Shown here one piece after another: positions 59,068 to 64,000 of a DNA stretch of 64,000 nt (position 1 is the stretch's first letter; each line of letters begins with the position of its first letter). Source of the stretch: Macrostomum lignano (lineage: Eukaryota); assembly GCA_002269645.1 (NCBI GenBank), contig NIVC01000337.1, forward strand, positions 682,001 to 746,000, given 5' to 3'. Made by a program: the position numbers and the translations under genes. A model generated the notes under the pieces. It made no database searches, had not been told where the DNA came from, and saw only the letters and a program-made list of their open reading frames with translations.

Positions 59068-59943
59068 TCAGGCCTGATGCGACCGCTGCAGGTGGTTGCG
59101 CAAGTTGCCGAGCCGGACATAGGACTTGCCGCAGTGAGGACACCTGTGCTGCCTGTGCGCCTGCAGCTGCTGCTGCTGACTCGGCTGACCCGGCTGCTGC
59201 AGCTGCTGCATCTGGCGGTGCAGCGCCGAGTCATCCAGCGCCGAGGCCAGCCCGTACGCGGCGCCGGGCATCAGGGAGGTGTGCATGGACACCGGCGGCT
59301 GATTGGCTGTCACGCAGCCCAGCTGCTGCTGCTGCTGCTGATGATGATGTTGAAGCTGCGGCGGAAGCAGCTGCTGGGCGGAAGACACGCCGCTGCCACC
59401 ACCGCCGCCGCCGCTGTTGCCAAGGAATGTGCTGAGGTAGAGCTTCTTAGGCGGCGGCGGAGAAGCGAAATGATGCTGAGTGTTAGGCTTGGCCCGGGTG
59501 CAGTGCAGGCGGTAGTGCAGGTCGGGGTCCGTGTGCATGGCCACGTGCATCTCTAATGAGGAGGCGTAGGCGAAGCGGGCGGCGCACAGCTGGCAGCGGT
59601 ACAGCTCGTCCATGGCGTGCACCCGCTCGTGAAAGTCGCGCTGCTCGTCCGTGGCAGCCGGGGCGTCGCAGTGCGGACAGAGGCCGGCCGAGATGCGCCT
59701 GGACCACTCCTGCTGCTCCGGCTGCTTGGCCAGCAGTTGCTGCTGCTGTTGCTGTTGTTGTTGCTGCTGTTGCAGAAGTTGCTGCTGCTGTCGGCAGGTG
59801 TCGCCGCTTGACGAGTTGGACACCGCCTCTGGCGTGCTCAGCTCAGCAGGGTCACCGGGAGCGGCCGACAGAATCGAGGCCAGAAATCGACTGGCAAGGG
59901 CCGGCGGAGGCGGCTGGCGCTGGAACTGGTGGTCGGTGGCCAT
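59068..59943 (-). CDS. C2H2 zinc-finger protein with polyQ/polyG tracts; N-terminus may extend to about 60081
   Basis: Three fingers: CPHC...FHERVH, YRCQLC...MHVAMH and HRCPHCGKSYVRLGNLRNHLQRSH. First in-frame ATG at 59943; the frame stays open upstream. Confidence 0.85.
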   Translation of the reverse strand: MATDHQFQRQPPPPALASRFLASILSAAPGDPAELSTPEAVSNSSSGDTCRQQQQLLQQQQQQQQQQQQLLAKQPEQQEWSRRISAGLCPHCDAPAATDEQRDFHERVHAMDELYRCQLCAARFAYASSLEMHVAMHTDPDLHYRLHCTRAKPNTQHHFASPPPPKKLYLSTFLGNSGGGGGGSGVSSAQQLLPPQLQHHHQQQQQQLGCVTANQPPVSMHTSLMPGAAYGLASALDDSALHRQMQQLQQPGQPSQQQQLQAHRQHRCPHCGKSYVRLGNLRNHLQRSHQA

Positions 59944-60074
59944 GACTGCCGGGATGCTTTTGCTGGTGCGAACTGTTGCTAACCGGACTGGATTGGCTGC
60001 TGCTGCGATTTCAGCGATTTCAGCAGCAAGGTTTGGCAATGGGTGGAATTCGCGGTGAATGCGATTGGCTGAGA

Positions 60075-60300
60075 TCCCTGCCTAGCAACAACACCTGAAA
60101 TTCCTGCCTAGCAACACCTGAAATCCCTGCCTAGCAACACCTTTAATCCTTGCATAGCACAAAAACTGAAATCCCAGCCTAGCAACACCTGAAACCCAGC
60201 CTAGCAACACCTGAAACCCTGTCTAGCAAAACCCTAAATCCCTGCCTAGCAACAACACCTGAAATCTCTGCCTAGCAACACCTGAAACTGCCTAGCAACT
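60075..60300. repeat. ~21-23-bp minisatellite (cctagcaacacctgaaatccctg)
   Basis: Diverged tandem copies. Confidence 0.85.
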
Positions 60301-60699
60301 AACGCTGCCACTATCCTTATAGACACTTATAGATGAATTGGAATAAATAAGAGCAATCTTTAAAATCGTGAAATTATACGGCTCAAAAAGTTCATTGCAG
60401 AGTAGATTAAAAGTACACAGAGTATGAACAACAATTGAAAAAATCAGAATAGTTCTATGAAAAACCGATTCAATTTGGCACCAAAATCAAAACAATTGTA
60501 AATTCCACGTCTAATTAACATTCTATGATAATAACCACTGGAAGAAGGCTTGAAAGACAGCAAAAACACAATGGCCAAATAAGTAAAAAAAATTCTAAGC
60601 ATTAAATTTTTCACGAATTTTAAATAAAATTACCGCAAAATCAATTAAAAAGCACAGGAAGTTTTTTATTATGCGTCATTAAATCTGATTAAATCCTGA

Positions 60700-61200
60700 A
60701 CATTGTTTTAAGAATCTGCAGCGATTTGTGTGTTGCAATTTTTGCAGAGACTGCTAAGATGGAATTGTTGCGATCACCAAACTGTATTTTGAAAGAACTC
60801 TGGTGGGATTTTCCTGAAAATATGCTGGGATTCACCAAGAAATCAGCTGGGGCTTTCGTAGAAATCTGCAAATTTTTTCTTGAAAACTGCTGGGATTTCC
60901 TAAAAATCTGCTGAAACTTTCGTATAAATATGCTGAAATATTCCTAGAAATCTGATGGGACTTTCTTAGAAATATGCTGAGATATTCCTAAAAATCTGCT
61001 GTGATTTTCCAAGAAATCTGCTGGGATTTTCCCAGAAATCTGCTGGGGTTTTCTTAGAAATCTGATGGGAATTTCTTAGAAATATGCTGGGATTTTCCTA
61101 GAAATCTGCTGGGATTTTCCTAGAAATCTGTGGGGATTAAAATATATTTTATGCTAGGATTTATGTAGGGTTGATTTTCTCAGAAATCGATTTGGAATTT
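60700..61200. repeat. Degenerate ~22-bp minisatellite (aaatctgctgggattttcctag)
   Basis: Diverged tandem copies. Confidence 0.8.
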
Positions 61201-61252
61201 CCTGATAAAAAACGAGTCATTTTATGTTAGATTCGCGGCTCTCCAGTGACAG

Positions 61253-63575
61253 CTAGACGTCCGCCGCCTTGGACTGCCTGGCGTGGCACAGACGCAGCAC
61301 GGCGTAGACAATGCCGATGGCCACACCGATAGCGAACAGGCAGCCAATAACAATGGCCCAGGCCCAAGCGCCCGACGAGAAAATGGAGAACTTCGGCACC
61401 TTGTAGAATTCGGCCGCACCGCCGGCCGGCATAAAGCAGGCGTAGCTTCGCTTAGCGCTGCACTTGTCCATGACGATGAACCTAAACAGGTACAGTATGT
61501 TCGTGATGAAGAAGGCGCAGCGCTCCTCTAGCTGGCAGTTGCGATTGTTGCCAAGGCGGGAGCTCTGACAGCCAATCAGATCGGGCCTGGCGATGGTTAA
61601 GAAATAATTATTCAAGCCTTCTTGCAGCAGCAGCAGGGAGGGGGCTTTTTTGAGTCTGATTTAGTTAGTGAGCTCAGTTACTTTTGCGTCACTCTTGAGT
61701 AGCTTCAGTCATTATTGAGTAGACTCAATCCCTCTTGAGTAGCCTCAGTCACTCTTGAGTAGCTTTAGTCCCTCTTGAATGGCATCAGTTCATATTGAGT
61801 AGCCCCAGTCACTCCTGAGTAACCTCAGTTAATCTTGATTAGCTTTAGTCACTCCTTAGTAGCCTCAGTCACTCCTGAGTAGCCTCAGTCACTCTTGAGT
61901 AGCCTCAGTCACTCCTGAGTAGCCTCAGTCACTCCTGAGTAGCCTCAGTCACTCTTGAGTAGCCTCAGTCACTCCTGAGTAGCCTCAGTCACTCCTGAGT
62001 AGCCTCAGTCACTCTTGAGTAGCCTCAGTCACTCCTGAGTAGCCTCAGTCACTCCTGAGTAGCCTCAGTCACTCTTGAGTAGCCTCAGTCACTCCTGAGT
62101 AGCCTCAGTCACTCCTGAGTAGCCTCAGTCACTCCTGAGTAGCCTCAGTCACTCCTGAGTAGCCTCAGTCACTCCTGAGTAGCCTCAGTCACTCCTGAGT
62201 AGCCTCAGTCACTCCTGAGTAGCCTCAGTCACTCCTGAGTAGCCTCAGTCACTCTTGAGTAGCCTCAGTCACTCTTGAGTAGCCTCAGTCACTCTTGAGT
62301 AGCCTCAGTTACTCTTGAGTAGCCTCAGTCACTCTTGAGTAGCCTCAGTTACTCTTGAGTAGCCTCAGTCACTCTTGAGTCAACCCAAAGTCATTCTCAT
62401 AGAGCTCACTCATAGAACTGCGAGCCATCTAGCCAATAATAATAGAACTGGCCAGCGCTGGTGTAGTCCGTCAGGCCAATCCAGTTGTCCTTGGTCAGCT
62501 GGCCAGGCAGCTGCCTGTACAGCTCGGTGATGGTCTCGATGCCGGGCAGGCCAGGCGGCAGATGCAGCAGGTTGGCCCGCATAGCAACGCAGGCGGTCTG
62601 CGAGTCATCAAAGCTCAGAAGCGGGCCAGCCGAGCCGGCGTTGCCAAAGCAGTAGCCGCCGTAGGGCCGCCAGTCTGGCGGGCAGCCGCTGAACTGGCGC
62701 ACCCGGAGGATGACGCCGACACCGGTGGTGGAAGAGGCGTCGGCAGCGGCGGCAGCGACAAAGGCGACAGTAACAGTTGGCCGCGAAGTGGTGAGGGCCA
62801 TGTCGTGACCAGGCGGGGAGCCGCCCATGGGAACGGTGAGCAGGTTGTGCTGCTCCGACCAGACAGACAGATTAGCCGTCGGCATGGAGACGTTTAGTAT
62901 CTGGGTAGGAAGCAAAGCCCGGGCGGGGAGAACACGAATTGGATACTTGCTACTCATAAGTAATAAGAAATGGGAAAACGCAAATAAAATACCAACATCT
63001 CTACTCCACCAAGAACTCCATTGTTGACAGATTTCTCAAATTTGACAATTAATACAAGTCTTAGTGGTTGGAGCGTTGGACTCGCGACTGAAAGGACTGG
63101 GGTTCGATTCCCAACCCCAACTGGAACAATTTGTGTCCATGAGCAAGACGCTTGACTCTACATTGCTTCAATTCACCCAGCTGTAAAATGGGTGCCAGCA
63201 TTAGCTGGGGTAATTGAGGGTGTGTGTGGCGACCCCCCCCCCCTAGTCCTGGGACTGAACAGCCGTACGCAGCCTTCAGGTGCACCGCACATTAATAACT
63301 GGGCAGAGGTCGCTACATGCACGACTCACCTGGACAAAGTAGAGCGCCCCGGGATTCTGTGACACCGCGTGAAACGAGCACCTGTCACCTGGCCGATACC
63401 TGTCTGAGCCAGCCGGCCTGGTGTGCACATAGAAATCCGACTGCCTGATGTAATCCCGGCCGGGGGTGTCGCAGTAAAAGCTCGCCGGAGGTGGCGCCAG
63501 CGTCAGCTGAGGTTGCGCCGGCTGCAGCAGCGGCAGCAGCAACGCCGCCAGGCAAGTTAAAGATGCGGAGTTGGT
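61253..63575 (-). CDS. Type I membrane protein: signal peptide, CUB-like segment, C-type lectin domain, TM helix, short tail; exons 63575-63330, 62900-62410, 61586 (or 61562)-61253
   Basis: Signal-like LTCLAALLLPLLQP; Y-R-PGDRCSFH (CUB-like); CPPDWRPYGGYCF...SQTAC...WIGLTD...WLDGS...ERC...DKCSAKRSYAC (C-type lectin); TM WAWAIVIGCLFAIGVAIGIVYAVL. No ATG at the first visible exon. Confidence 0.75.
61660..62380. repeat. 20-bp minisatellite (gagtagcctcagtcactcct) in lectin-gene intron 2
   Basis: Direct reading. Confidence 0.96.
63055..63255 (+). mobile_element. tRNA-derived SINE with a CORE (MIR-like) domain
   Basis: A-box-like tagtggttggag (63062-63073) and B-box ggttcgattccc (63101-63112), followed by tgtgtccatgagcaag...cacccagctgtaaaatggg (63132-63192), which resembles the CORE consensus tgtgaccttgggcaag...catctgtaaaatggg. 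Confidence 0.7.
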
Positions 63576-63609
63576 CTGAAGCAATTATTTAGATTATTGT
63601 AGCACTGAG

Positions 63610-64000
63610 CGTACATTGGGGTTGAGGCTGGTGGGAACCGAGTGTACATTGGGGTTGAGGCTGGTGGGAACCGAGTGTACATTGGGGTTGAGGCTGGTGG
63701 GAACTGAGTGTACATTGGGGTTGAGGCTGGTGGGAACCGAGTGTACATTGGGGTTGAGGCTGGTGGGAACCGAGTGTACATTGGGGTTGAGGCTGGTGGG
63801 AACCGAGTGTACATTGGGGTTGAGGCTGGTGGGAACCGAGTGTACATTGGGGTTGAGGCTGGTGGGAACCGAGTGTACATTGGGGTTGAGGCTGGTGGGA
63901 ACCGAGTGTACATTGGGGTTGAGGCTGGTGGGAACCGAGTGTACATTGGGGTTGAGGCTGGTGGGAACCGAGTGTACATTGGGGTTGAGGCTGATGGGAA
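63610..64000. repeat. 33-bp minisatellite (gtgtacattggggttgaggctggtgggaaccga), running off the window
   Basis: Direct reading. Confidence 0.96.

Noticed and set aside
63055-63130. tRNA gene
   Set aside because: A and B boxes are present, but no complete cloverleaf forms and a CORE-like segment follows; better explained as a SINE head.

Overview
Eukaryotic (animal) genomic DNA with GC-rich exons. Almost every intron and intergenic spacer holds its own tandem-repeat array. This architecture suggests a free-living flatworm such as Macrostomum, which is an inference and not proven. Plus strand: PP2A catalytic subunit (4 exons, first intron GC-AG), a single-exon acidic-repeat protein with a divergent Tctex-1-like C-terminus, and protein disulfide isomerase (4 exons, ends KEEL). 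Minus strand: a secreted protein with two tandem IL-17-like cystine-knot domains, a synaptotagmin-7-like tandem C2 gene, SSUH2-like, MBOAT7, COPS4, TMX2, a C2H2 zinc-finger gene and a CUB-like/C-type-lectin membrane protein. TMX2 and the lectin gene begin with an in-frame 3' splice acceptor and no ATG. This fits a start codon donated by an AUG-terminated trans-spliced leader, within a co-directional, operon-like cluster at 41.7-63.6 kb. Also present are three MITE-like elements, a tRNA-derived CORE-like SINE, a decayed gypsy integrase remnant and about 30 distinct micro/minisatellites. Most long ORFs in the supplied track are artefacts of these repeats. Array boundaries are approximate; exon coordinates were read by hand.
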